Source of the DNA: Pelomyxa schiedti
Taxonomy: Eukaryota; Protista; Evosea
Assembly: GCA_020536535.1 (NCBI GenBank)
Contig: JAHLWZ010000265.1
Location: 1-53,510, forward strand
Direction of reading: 5' to 3'
DNA length: 53,510 nucleotides
A model generated the notes under the pieces. The model saw only the letters and a program-made list of their open reading frames with translations, searched no databases and was not told where the DNA came from. Of this stretch, positions 37,592-48,562 are shown one piece after another. The number at the start of each line of letters is the position of its first letter. Positions within the stretch are counted from its first letter, which is position 1. Both the position numbers and the translations under genes were made by a program.

Positions 37592-37955
37592 ACTTCAGAC
37601 CACGCGGTTTATGTATCCCTTCACATTGGCCAATTGAGTTTAGTGTGCCACACAAACCACAGAAAGGGAAACACCACCTACCACGAGAGTGTTGGTTTGC
37701 CAATGAACGTCCGACCGCTCTTTTACTTTCCTTTGTTGAATGGAATCCTCCCACTTGCACCATAGCTGTCATCACCATAGTCATTGTGAGCTAAATTTAA
37801 TTTAAGAAAACACTACAGCCATGTGAAAGCCGTAGTGGCGTATCTGGCTTCTTAGACAAGTAAAGTGTTTGTTTCTCTTGGCCACTGAACTGGACTCCGT
37901 AGGACAGACCCAGAACAAGTGGCCGTCAAAAACAAACAAAAAAAAAAAAGGAAAA

Positions 37956-39373
37956 ATGAGCGGTAACACGCGTGTCGTGGATCTGCGTAGCGACACGATC
38001 ACCAGGCCGACGGCGGCAATGAGGCAAGCCATTGCAACTGCAGAGGTTCGTTCTTGTGTTTTGGCTTGTTGGTTTGTTGGTTTGGTGCTGTTGGTTTCCC
38101 CACTGGGTTTTTTTTTTTTCCCTTTTTTCTCCTATTTAGTTCAACGATTACAGGTTGGGGATGATGTTTATGGCGAGGATCCTACGGTTGCCAAGTTGGA
38201 GCGAATGGTGGCGGAAACATTGGGAAAGGAGGCAGCTTTGTTTGTTCCAACAGGCGTTATGGCAAACCAGGTGCGTATTCATTCATAATTTGCTTACCCT
38301 TCACAATAAAACCGGCTTTTTTTCCTCTTTTTCTTTTTTTTTTTTTTTCTTTTTTTGTTGCAGTCAAACTGAGTTGGGATACACTTAAAAAGATTTCCAT
38401 TCATTGTCATACGAGACCTGGGCAAGAAGTTTTTTGCTCTCATTTCTCTCATGTTTACTATTACGAGTCTGGAGCCCCAGCTTGTGAGTGAAAACAAGAA
38501 GTTTTCCATTCTCTATGTGGTTACAATCTTATTGTGTGCAGTACTATCTGGTGTGACAATGGTTCCAATTCACACACGGAATGGAATTTTCACTGCTGCG
38601 GACCTTAATACTGTTTCCAGGCCCGACAACATTCATTTCCCTCCCACATCTCTTGTGTGCGTCGAAAACACTGTTGGAGGTGGCGGGGGTATTGTGTGGC
38701 CTCTGGAATCCCTTGCTGAAGTATCCACGTGGTGCAAGGCAAGAGGCATCGCACTACATATGGATGGAGCCAGGCTGTGGAACGCCAGTGTAGCTTCTGG
38801 AATTCCAGAGCGTGAATATGCTTCTCTTTGTGATTCTGTTTCTGTCTGCTTCTCCAAGGTAAAAGACTTTTTATTGACGTTGTATTTACACCTTTCCAGG
38901 GACTTGGAGCGCCAGTTGGCTCTGCTGTCGTGGGCACCAAGGAATTTATTGCACGGGCACGTGCGTTTAGGAAAGTACTAGGAGGTGGTATGAGACAAGT
39001 CGGAATAATAGCTGCTGGTGCACTTTACGCACTTGAGAATAATCGTCCCCGCCTGGCTGATGACCATGCCAATGCCAAGAGGTATTTCCGCAATACAAGT
39101 TTTTTCCACTTGACCATCTCAAGGTTTGCAGTAGGAATTTCCAAAATCCCTGGGATTGCAATTGATGTTGAAGCCGTACAAACCAACATATTGATGTTTT
39201 CTCTATCAAGTGCAACACGCGTGACCTTGCCAGAACTGGTTGACAGCCTGAAAAAACAGCATATTCTTGTTAGTGCTGTTGATTCCACCCGCATCAGAGT
39301 AGTCACATCCATGGAAGTCACAGAAAGAGATATGGAAACCGCAATAGCAGCCATTGCCGCTGCTCTAGCTTAA
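37956..39373 (+). CDS. ltaE: Low-specificity L-threonine aldolase (GLY1/LtaE family, PLP-dependent)
   Basis: [66 protein letters not shown] (PLP Lys), [10 protein letters not shown]. Confidence 0.96.
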
Positions 39374-39438
39374 AAACTGAAAAAACTTGGAAAAAAAAAG
39401 AAAGTGCTTTGTTGTGCCATACTTTTTCCTATTATCTT

Positions 39439-41700
39439 TTAAAAGTGAGAGCTTTGTTGTGCCCTTGAATACCTTTGCTTGTACCACAGCAATAAGGAGT
39501 GCACTCGTGACTGTATTTCCACAGGCAAGTGCGAGAATGCATCAGGCTTGTCAATAGGTACCAGAAACAGGTCCTGGATGTCACGAACCGACATGGAGCT
39601 GTTGTCCGGGTGTTGTGTTGGTTGTGGTTCTGAGTTATGGGATGTGGTGGTTCTCATGGTGGGCCATGGTTCGGGTGTTACTGGTGGTTTGGGGATTCGG
39701 AACAAGGGAATTTTGGCCAGCCGGGAAATGTATACATTGTTTGTAGGTAGGTTGCGAATTTCAGGGGGGATGCAGTTCAGGTACATGGCGGAGTAAAGCT
39801 TGTAGTGAGACCGCATTTGCGAGGTCGTGCTGAGAAGTAGACTGATAACTCTCTTGTCTAACTGAAATGGTTAATCTGCTTACTGAAGACAACTGAAGGA
39901 GTGAGGGAAGCACACGAAAGGAAAAAAGAGACCACTGAAGAATGACCGGTAGGGTTCTGAAAAGAACTGCCGTTTACGCATCCCTCCATAGACATCAGAA
40001 AGAAAGCTACGAGTAAAAATCAGCATGTGGCCAAGAAAATCCCAGTTTTCCCGGTGAATTTCTTTGACAAAGTCAGAGAATTCGGATATTGCAGAGATAC
40101 AGAAACAAGGCTTCACTTTGTTGGAAGAGGCTATATCTGGCATCCTGATGATTCCTTGGACCATTTGACACACACAAGTGGGATTTGAAAGCTGATTCAA
40201 AATTGGTGATATCCGAAAGCAGTGCATTCCAACAAACTCGGTCCCATACCCTCCGTGCATGAGTAAAGATGAAGAAATTTTGGAGGCAGCCAAGGGCAGT
40301 AAGTGGTCACCAATTGAGTGATCCGAAATTTCAAGGGCTTCAGCAACTTTAGGTGCAATGGTTGCATCTGAAGGATTCCCGTTGTGGGTTGCGAAAGCCA
40401 CGCTTTGACGCTGGTGTGTATGGAGACACGTTGCTAGCAGGCGAGTATCGGCACCCCCGGTTAAAGAGGCCCGCTTTAAGTCACCATTTGACCCACTGTA
40501 CCCATCCTGGACAGCCTGTTTGATTCGTGTGTGCAGTTCAATGGAAAAGTTACAAAGCTCATCACAACTTGAGGCGGTAGTCAAAGAATTAGGTGGAATG
40601 ACTGCTGTGTCGGTATGCCTGACTAAATTGGGAATCATTCCCGCAGGGGATGCATTCATGTGCAAAAAGGAGCCCACGGGAATTCTGCTTACGGATTCAA
40701 GAAAAGTATTATCAGATAAGGTAACACCAAAGCTGAGGTACTCCAGAATAGAATGAACACACAACTCTGTCTCAATACTACCAGCAATACACTCCCATAA
40801 TGATGTTACAATGAATACATCAACGCCATTAATATGTCTCGAAGTAAAGAAGAGGGGGTAAAGTCCCATGGAGTCCGTGTGAGCTTCCACCGTCAAATCC
40901 TCTCCGAGGTCAGACCTTTTCTTCTCAACAGATATATAAGCATAAGCTCCACAAACAGAATTGAAGCGAGCAGAGTCGCCCCGCATGTGCAACGAGAGAA
41001 TCTCCTCTGGAGGTTCCAAAGCCTCACCGTTGCACCGTGAACTTTCCGTTGGATTTCCAGTGAGATTGTAAGCAAACCCCCCACATGCCACAGCCACGTG
41101 TGAACTCGAGTGCGCGTCGGTGCATTCAGGGCGGCCGGTGTATTTCCCGCACAGCCGGCATCCCACAGCTACACCAGACCTCTTTCTGGTTATACTAGTT
41201 GATTCACACTCTGCAGCCCCATCGTAAACAGGTGCCCCCGATGGCACTGATTCGGCGGCCGTTGTAGTGTTCGCAGTTGCTTCTGTGACGCCCACGGACG
41301 GCCAACTTGGGTGCGGGGTGCCGCCGGGGGCGCGGTGGCGCCCGGTCTGTTCCGAGTTGGGTGGCGGTTGTGGTGGCCGCGGCACTAGTTGCCTGCTGCC
41401 GTCGGGCACAGGCGATGCTACCAACATGGCGCGGCAGTGCCACCCCGAAGCCGAGGACACGGACACCCTGTGTACGTCGTCTGTGCCGGACGACTCACCC
41501 CACGCACTCTCGTAGTACTCTTCGTCTTCGTCGTCGGGCCCGTACTCATCATCGGGTCGGCGGTTCTCCCCTTCATTGTGGGAACTGCCGACACCACGAC
41601 ACACCCGGAGGAAAGCCATGGCGATTTTGTGTTCCGTCTCTAGCGCAGCCCCCCGATCCTGGGAAGCGCACACAACACCCAACACCTGATTCGCCATCAT
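39439..41700 (-). CDS. Asparagine-synthetase-family (bacterial-like) amide ligase lacking the N-terminal Cys1; two exons
   Basis: DSMGLYPLFF, EYLSFG..L..NTF..VSRIPVG, PP-loop-like SLTGGADTR, D..IA.KVAEAL, LMHGGYGTE; one intron joins FPF-LDKRVI (PFLD motif); about 200-aa low-complexity N-terminus. Confidence 0.72.
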
Positions 41701-41719
41701 CCTTTTCCAAGAACAACTG

Positions 41720-41817
41720 AAATTTGATGGCACTCGCGAGGGTTGTTATTAAAGATACTTGATGGTGCCTGTTAAGAAACCAACCCAGACAAACAAGTAC
41801 TTGGGTCAATACACAAG
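41720..41817 (+). repeat. Dispersed non-coding repeat, copy 2, inside the divergent promoter 41701-42006
   Basis: Alignable with 2897-2993. Confidence 0.85.
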
Positions 41818-42006
41818 GTGTTGAAATAACAACTGGTTGCGAACTCACATCTAATTCCCTTTAAGGAGAAAAAATGCAGTTCAAGTTGGCAACGCCACCC
41901 AGCAAGTTGGCGGAACCGAAACCAACATGCCGACGAGAAAACCTTTTAAGGAACGAACTGTTTACAACGCCACTCCCAAACAAGAATACCAACACAACGA
42001 CTTCCT

Positions 42007-45000
42007 ATGTTAGACACATTCCGCGAGGTGAAGAAGGTACTACTGGAGATTGACAGCCAGATACCGGCCCTGCTCGGACCCTCCACCAGTAAATGGCACA
42101 CGCCACTGAGCATCCCGCCCGTGGGTGTAGCCCTCATCGGGGAAGTCAAGGCCGGCAAGAGCATGGTGGGCAACGTCCTCATGCGAGAGGAGCTCCTACC
42201 CTCCGACGTCCTCGCCTGCACGAGCCGCATGACCGTCGTTATGGCACCCCCCAGGCCCCATGAGGCCCCGCCGCCCCCTCCCGCTACCACGACCCAGACC
42301 CATAATATAAGCAACGCGAGTGCTGCGGCGGCGGATGCCAGCTCCGGGGCACACGGCGACGCTGGTGGTGAGGAGGAGGCGAGGCCACGCAGTGTTTTGC
42401 TGGTGATGAAGGATGGGACTCGGCAGGGACCAATAGAGTTCGAGGGGGAGGTCCCTCGCCACTGCGTTGCTGTAAGGGTCAGCCCGGACCCTGTTGGCCA
42501 CACAGAAGTGTTTCTGGAGCGATGCAACTTTTTAGGTGATGTGATTCTCCAGGACTTCCCGGGCGTGAATGACAACACTGAAATAGAATCGGCGGTGTTT
42601 GAGAATCTCTCTGCTGTGTCAGGGGTGATATTCGTGTTGAACGCTTCTCAGGGGTGCTTCACACAGTCTGCTCGTCAGGTACTTCAGGCACTCCGTTCCA
42701 AGTGGGCGGGTCCCCCAAGGCCGATCCTATTTGTAGTGAATAAGATGGACACAATTGCGGCAAGCTTACCTGCTGTGAAGAGAAGGAATAAAGCAGTGGT
42801 AAAGGCGAAAGAGGAGGAATTGCTGAATTCTATCTTTCTGTCAATCCAGAAGGAATACCCCTCGCTTAATGATTCATCCTGGAATACTTCTACGCATTTT
42901 ACCTCACTTTCTGCCCAGCGGTGCATGGAATCTATTGTGGACCCAGAGAATCAAACACCAGAGGAAATAGTTGAGCTGGAGGCAAAAGTTGGATTCCTCT
43001 TGCAAAATACAATGAAATCCCTCATCTTACAAGCTAAGATGGAACTGGTCGGGTATCTTGACAGTTGGCTGAATGCTTGTTACAACCTTAAGGGGTTGGA
43101 AGTCTCTACTGCTGCCGCAAGAAACCTTGTTACCAGCATATCTACACCGGCTTTTTTAGTCTCCATCCAAAGACTTACAACACAGCGAGTGCACAGAGCT
43201 TTTCTTCAGGTCATAGACGCACTGCCTAAAATAAAAGCAATATCACTACAACATGACCTTCCAAGCTTCCCCCCCAATAATGTGATGTTGCACGACGCAA
43301 TTGTGGAGCATGTTAGTGACTTTACCTTTTCTCTGTTGAGGGAGAAGCTACATGAGGGAGTGGAACGCGAGTATATTTCACTGGCGGAAGACTTCACCAA
43401 CCTGTTGGTGGAGTCAAATCCTGTTTTGCAAACTTCTTCCCTCCAAGATCGGTCTATAGCTTTGTTCTCTTCTATTTTAATACCGTTTCTTCTCAAGTGT
43501 AATCCAGCTAGATCATACTTCAGTTCACTTTCTTTCTGGTATAGAACTTTAATGAGTCTGAAATTTGCTCTTATTTCCCCGGGTCTACTAGCCAAGGAGA
43601 TCCAAGAGAGAACCATTATTCGTGTCTTATACCAATTTCAGAAATCAGTCCCCTCCCTTGAGAAGTCTCTTTCTGAAGAATTGTCAACCACGGTTACTGA
43701 GGTAATCACCTCAGATTTGAAAAATCAACTTGACAAACTGGAAATTCAGCGATACGAAGCCCTTGCACAAGGAGGTACTACTTCAACTGATATGCTAAAA
43801 ACAGTTTCTTGGTGGGCCATCGAAGCAAGGTTGTCAGGCAACAAAATGGTAGCACCTCTGGACATGACTGGCGCGATTCTTATGCATAAAGATTGGCAGG
43901 GTTGTATTTACCAAGGGTGCAAACGGAGTGGGAAAGATTGTTGTGCCAAGTTACTCCATCTTAATCTCCCACGCGAAGTGCTGCAAAGTATATTCCTGCA
44001 ACTGTTCGCTTGCAAGTTTAATCTGAAACCGGGATTTGATTGCGCATATGTTTCAAACACAGATGGTACCTCTTCAATTGCCATAATCACTGATGACTGT
44101 ATGTCATGCACATCATCTCACCTGGAGGAGAGGATGATAGACATGCACGAAGAAGCGCTTATTACTCTCCCACCTGTAGAGATGCTGTTTGCCACTGCAT
44201 CCCAAGTTTCGATTGATGCTGCAGTTGCAGCGGTCCAAGCAACACCACAGGTTTTCCCCTTCTTTCTTCCTCAATTCATTGATTAAATAGTTGCCTAAGA
44301 CTTTTTCTCTGGATATTGTGAAACAAGTTACCTTTTCCAAGGAAAAGGCAACCAATGACAACCTTTGCGCTCCACATGCACGCCTCATAAATACGGGAAT
44401 GGCACTCTCATTGGACGAAGCTGCTAGCATTGTTCTTTACACCATGGATAAGCCAGTGTGCATGTACCTTTGGTTGAACAAGCAACTGCGGTCCCTGACC
44501 CGTACTGAAAAGACACTTGGCCCTTGGTTGCCATACCTGAGCATCCTCTCCACAGCATTGCATAAACTGAAGGTTACTACTAGTATCTACCAATCTGTTT
44601 TGCATTTAACAACCACCCAAAAGCCATTTGCTGGAGCCGAAGTATACCGTGGAATGAGCAGACTACCTGAGAAATACACAGAGAAATTCAATCCTGGAAG
44701 AGTTATTACGTGGTATGGACTGGCCAGCACCAGTGTCAACCGCTTTGACGCAGAGAGGTTCGCAACGTCAAACAACACTAGGGGGATGATAGTCACTATC
44801 TCACACCCAATTGGTTACGAAATCACTGACTTCAGTGCATTCCCCAGTGAACAAGAAGTGCTGATGCTGCCTGGTAAAATCTACCTTTCTAACCCCTTCG
44901 TCGTAGCAAAACTCACTGTTGGCAGGGAGCAAATTCAAAGTGACTAGTTTTGAGGACGACCCCAGCAAGCCTCACGCCACAGCCACAATTGATCAAATTC

Positions 45001-45008
45001 CTTATTGA
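42007..45008 (+). CDS. Dynamin-like GTPase + helical stalk + possible kinase N-lobe remnant + R-S-E ADP-ribosyltransferase fusion (about 952 aa)
   Basis: G1 GEVKAGKS, G2 LPSDVLACTS, G3 DFPG, G4 NKMD. ART motifs SIVLYT, LNKQLR, W.PYL..L.TALHKL, VYRG, W.GLASTS, SAFPSEQEVLMLPG-SKFKV. Exons 42007-44250, 44291-44572, 44624-44873 and 44926-45008 join in frame. Confidence 0.85.
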
Positions 45009-45061
45009 CTTAAGTTGCATCTTTTTAAAAAAATTGTTGTTGTCTTAACAGAAAAGAGGTG

Positions 45062-47583
45062 TCAAGCAAACCACACGAGATAACACAAGAAAGCAGCTAC
45101 GATTGCAGCACATGACATAAACAGGAGCCTGCACCTGATAGTCTCTTCCCTCTTGACCTTTTTAGCCTCTTTCCTCATTTGGTCGAGAAGATCGTTCTTC
45201 TGGTCAAAAGTGTCAATGCTGAGTGCCGCCATCAATTTGGCCATGAATTCGTCAGTGCGGGAATAAATACGGAATGTGCAGAACCGGTCACATGGAGTGT
45301 GTTGTATATTTACCAGAGCCAGCTGTGTTGTTTTTTGTTTGTTCCGTTAAGTGTGCGAGGAATATCTGGTGTTTTCACAAACCTTTCCATTTGGATTTTT
45401 CAAGCACTTGTCACACAAGGATGCCGCTGGTTGAACATTCATACTCGTGCCCAGAATTACCGACAGGTCACTGCGCCGAGCGTGCTCGATTGCTGGTAAA
45501 AACTGGTCTTCAGGCATGTTTTCCGTGAAGTGGACAATGGTGTCACGAAGGTCTCCGCCGCAATCGCACTTTCTCCCTGTGAATTCACGTTAAAGGCAAT
45601 TAATTTCAGATAGACACTAACCCGTCAAGTGGGTCCACCTGTCAGTACGTGAGTGTAGTGTATTGAAAGGTCTCAGGTAGTCACGATGGCATTTAACACA
45701 ATATTCTCTGTAGCAATTTCCGTGGAGCTCTGAGATTTGTTCCCGTTGGACACCAGAGCGGCGATGTAATCCATCAAGATTGGTACTTATGAGGAATTTT
45801 ACGAGGCCTTTTCTTGTTGTAGGTGTTGGCATTAAAGTCAATATGACAGTGTTTGAAAGTATATATACCTCAACAGCTCAGCAATGGCGTAATGTGTGTA
45901 CGTGGGAAATGCCGATTCAAGTTCTGGGGTTTCTCGGAATAGTTCACCCCGTGCCCGTGCGGTCCAGCAGCCATCAGGACCTGAGTTGGTAGGGATCAGA
46001 CTCTCAGACTCTCAACATGGAATTGCAAAAGGATACCCCTGTAATCAGGAATAGATGCTGCAGTAGAAACGCCAGCCCCAGTAAAAAAGACACAATGTCG
46101 TGCTTCTCGCATTGCTTGAGCGACTTGCTGTGCTTTCAATGTGATTGACTCTGAACTTTCAGTGTACTCAGCAATCTCCTGCTCATAGAGCAGCCCCATT
46201 GAGTCATAGGGTATAGCGGACACTATGGTAGGCTTAGACCCTGAGAAATACCATGGAATAAGGGAAGTATTGTACCCAGGCTGTTGGCTTTTTCCTGCTC
46301 TTCCTGTTCATGCAGTAATGTATCCAGTGTACGATCAGCAGCACCGAGTAAATTGCAATTTTCTGGTTGAACATAAGGTCTTGTTGTCTGTGAGATATGT
46401 TAGTTTCACATCGAATTAGGAAGTATTTACTAGGCTTTTGAGGTCCTCTGCAAAGGTTGTAATTGATGTAGCATCAAAATCTTGAACTGCATATCGACGA
46501 AGAGGCTCAGTTGGAATCTGCATTTGTTGAATGGAAAATGGAGAAAAAGATACATTCACCTTCACAACGGTATTTGGGTTAGTGCCGGGCTTCACTTGTA
46601 CAATCTCTGCACTATTACCACAGCAGTGAGTGTCCCATATAATCTGATTTCTTTTCTTAGCAAAAAAACAAATCCTACGATGTGAAAGAATACCTTGGTG
46701 TTGTCTACAAGTGTAGGGGAGTCGTCAAACTGGAAAACGGTATTCTTGACATTGTGACAACGGATGGTTCTAAGAAGTACCATGTCAAAAAAGACATAGC
46801 AGTCTGCAATGAGAGAAGCTTAGGCGGAAATTTGCGTTAATAAACTTTTCATACTGTTAAAGTTGGCAAATTCACAACTATCTGTTCCGATCACAACAGA
46901 GTCAAGAACCTAGAGCATTTTAGAAAACAATGAGGGGAACAACAATTTCACCTGCACAGTTGCATTTTCGGCATTAACAACACTTATGTGGGCAAGTTTC
47001 TGGTTGGTAGCAATAACAACACATGCATCACTGATGTCATGAAGAGCTATAATGTGGTTTGACCTCAGGTTCCTAACAAACTTCTCTCCACTCTTGAATG
47101 GCCCCTATATAGATTTCCACAATTAGGGTTTTGTCCCTTTTCGACAATTTAAGTCTTGTAAACACACTGGGCATAACAGCACATCAAATCCCAAATCAAA
47201 TCATCACCCTCGAAACCACAACCCCAAACCCATAATAGTTGGTTTTCGTCTCCACAACACACCAGCCTCACGAGCCGCTTCGGAATTCGCGGGGGCGGAA
47301 TCACGCCGTCCGAGTAAGAGGCAGGCCTCGGCTCCGCCGTAGCGGCCGTCACGGGCTCCTCTCCCACAATTGCCTCGGGCACCACCGCCGCAGCACTCGA
47401 CGTAGTATCCGGCGCTGCAGCCGCTGCCGACTCCTCCCCGCTGGTGCTAGTGGTGCTACTCGTAGCCGTCGTAGTGGCCGTCGTAGGTGCTGTGGGCGTG
47501 GCGTCGGTTGGTGCGATGGGCGTCGTCGTCGGTGTGACCGTCGTAGCTTCTGGTGCAGGTGCGTCGCCGCTCGTGGCGTCCAT
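45062..47583 (-). CDS. Class IV (SIRT6/7-like) sirtuin with an N-terminal C-CAP/cofactor-C-like beta-helix and a C-terminal tail anchor
   Basis: [40 protein letters not shown], ELHGN, CxxC...CxC Zn site, LRDTIVHF.E, LGTSM.V.PAA.L, VNIQHTPCD. C-terminal LLFMSCAAIVAAFLCYLVWFA*. N-terminal repeats HISVVNAENATVQV / TIRCHNVKNTVFQF. Confidence 0.88.
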
Positions 47584-47781
47584 TGTTGTTGACGATAGAT
47601 TGGTGATGCTTTTGTTTTTTTTTTTTTTTGTAAAGTGTTGGATCTTTACTTTCGCAGAAATGGAGTCACAAAAGAAACAGCCCCATCTTCCTTTGGAAGG
47701 TTCACTGGGCCAACTCCCACTCGCTGCCTCTGGCTGCTACTTCGATCCCAAGATCCCAAGAGGTACCGCTCATGGAGATCC

Positions 47782-48349
47782 TCAGATTCCCAACAAATCT
47801 ACTACGAGGTCAAATTGAGCTTCCAGTGTTCCAGATGAGCTTGCACTGTCACGTGACGATAGAGAAGGTTAGAACGAGTGGTGTGAACGACGGGTTTACG
47901 GTGCCATCGGTTGGTACGTCACGGTCGTCGAGGGTCACGAAGACACGCACGCATCCTGTCCAAATAGCCCTCGATGGTGCACCCCCTTTGTCCTTTTTCC
48001 CCTTTCCCCCCCCCTTTTTTTTCGTTTTGTTGTACTAAGTTTACACTTTACTTACCTCTGTACACTATGGTGCCATTACGTGTTAATAACTCCCGTGCAA
48101 AACTAATATAGTTGAAAAGATTGGAACAGACCCCTTTTGATTGTGGGGGGAGATATTTGCAGGGCAAGTCTCGAGGATGTAGAAATCACACTCTACAAAA
48201 ATTTCATTAACCAGGGAAAGGCCACTATTGCAATTGGTTACCCTGGTGGTGCAATAGTGCGTACTCTGCCCAAAAACCAACACTTCAATTAAACCGAGGC
48301 TCTTAACGGTGCCATTATAGAATACACCATAATACAACTGTAGGAACAT
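47782..48349 (-). CDS. Possible small multi-exon hypothetical gene
   Basis: Strong donor CAGAG|GTAAGT (about 48055) and branch/acceptor CTAAC...CAG (about 47870-47847); exons can be joined in frame ending ...EAQFDLVVDLLGI*. Confidence 0.3.
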
Positions 48350-48562
48350 TTAATGCTCTCTGAGGCGGAACCGGAACAACTTCGTAACTTTATAACAACT
48401 CTCGAAAAGGCAAAAGCTCACCCAGAAGGTTGTACTCTAATTTGGATGCCCACAAGCTCACATTACATTAGCTTTCCGAAACCAAGCCCCTTCAGATTAA
48501 AAAGTGAAGAAACTAGCACACAACTTTCCAATGTTTAAAAAAGATGTAGAGTTTTGTTTTGT

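Noticed and set aside
47855-47880. AGAGAAGGTTAG resembles the U6atac snRNA core
   Set aside because: The AAGGAGA box and AGC triad are missing (reads AGA); better explained as the reverse complement of an intron branch site CTAAC plus pyrimidine tract.
48047-48060. TACTTACCT resembles the U1 snRNA 5' end
   Set aside because: It is the reverse complement of a consensus donor AG|GTAAGTA; no U1 stem-loops or Sm site follow.
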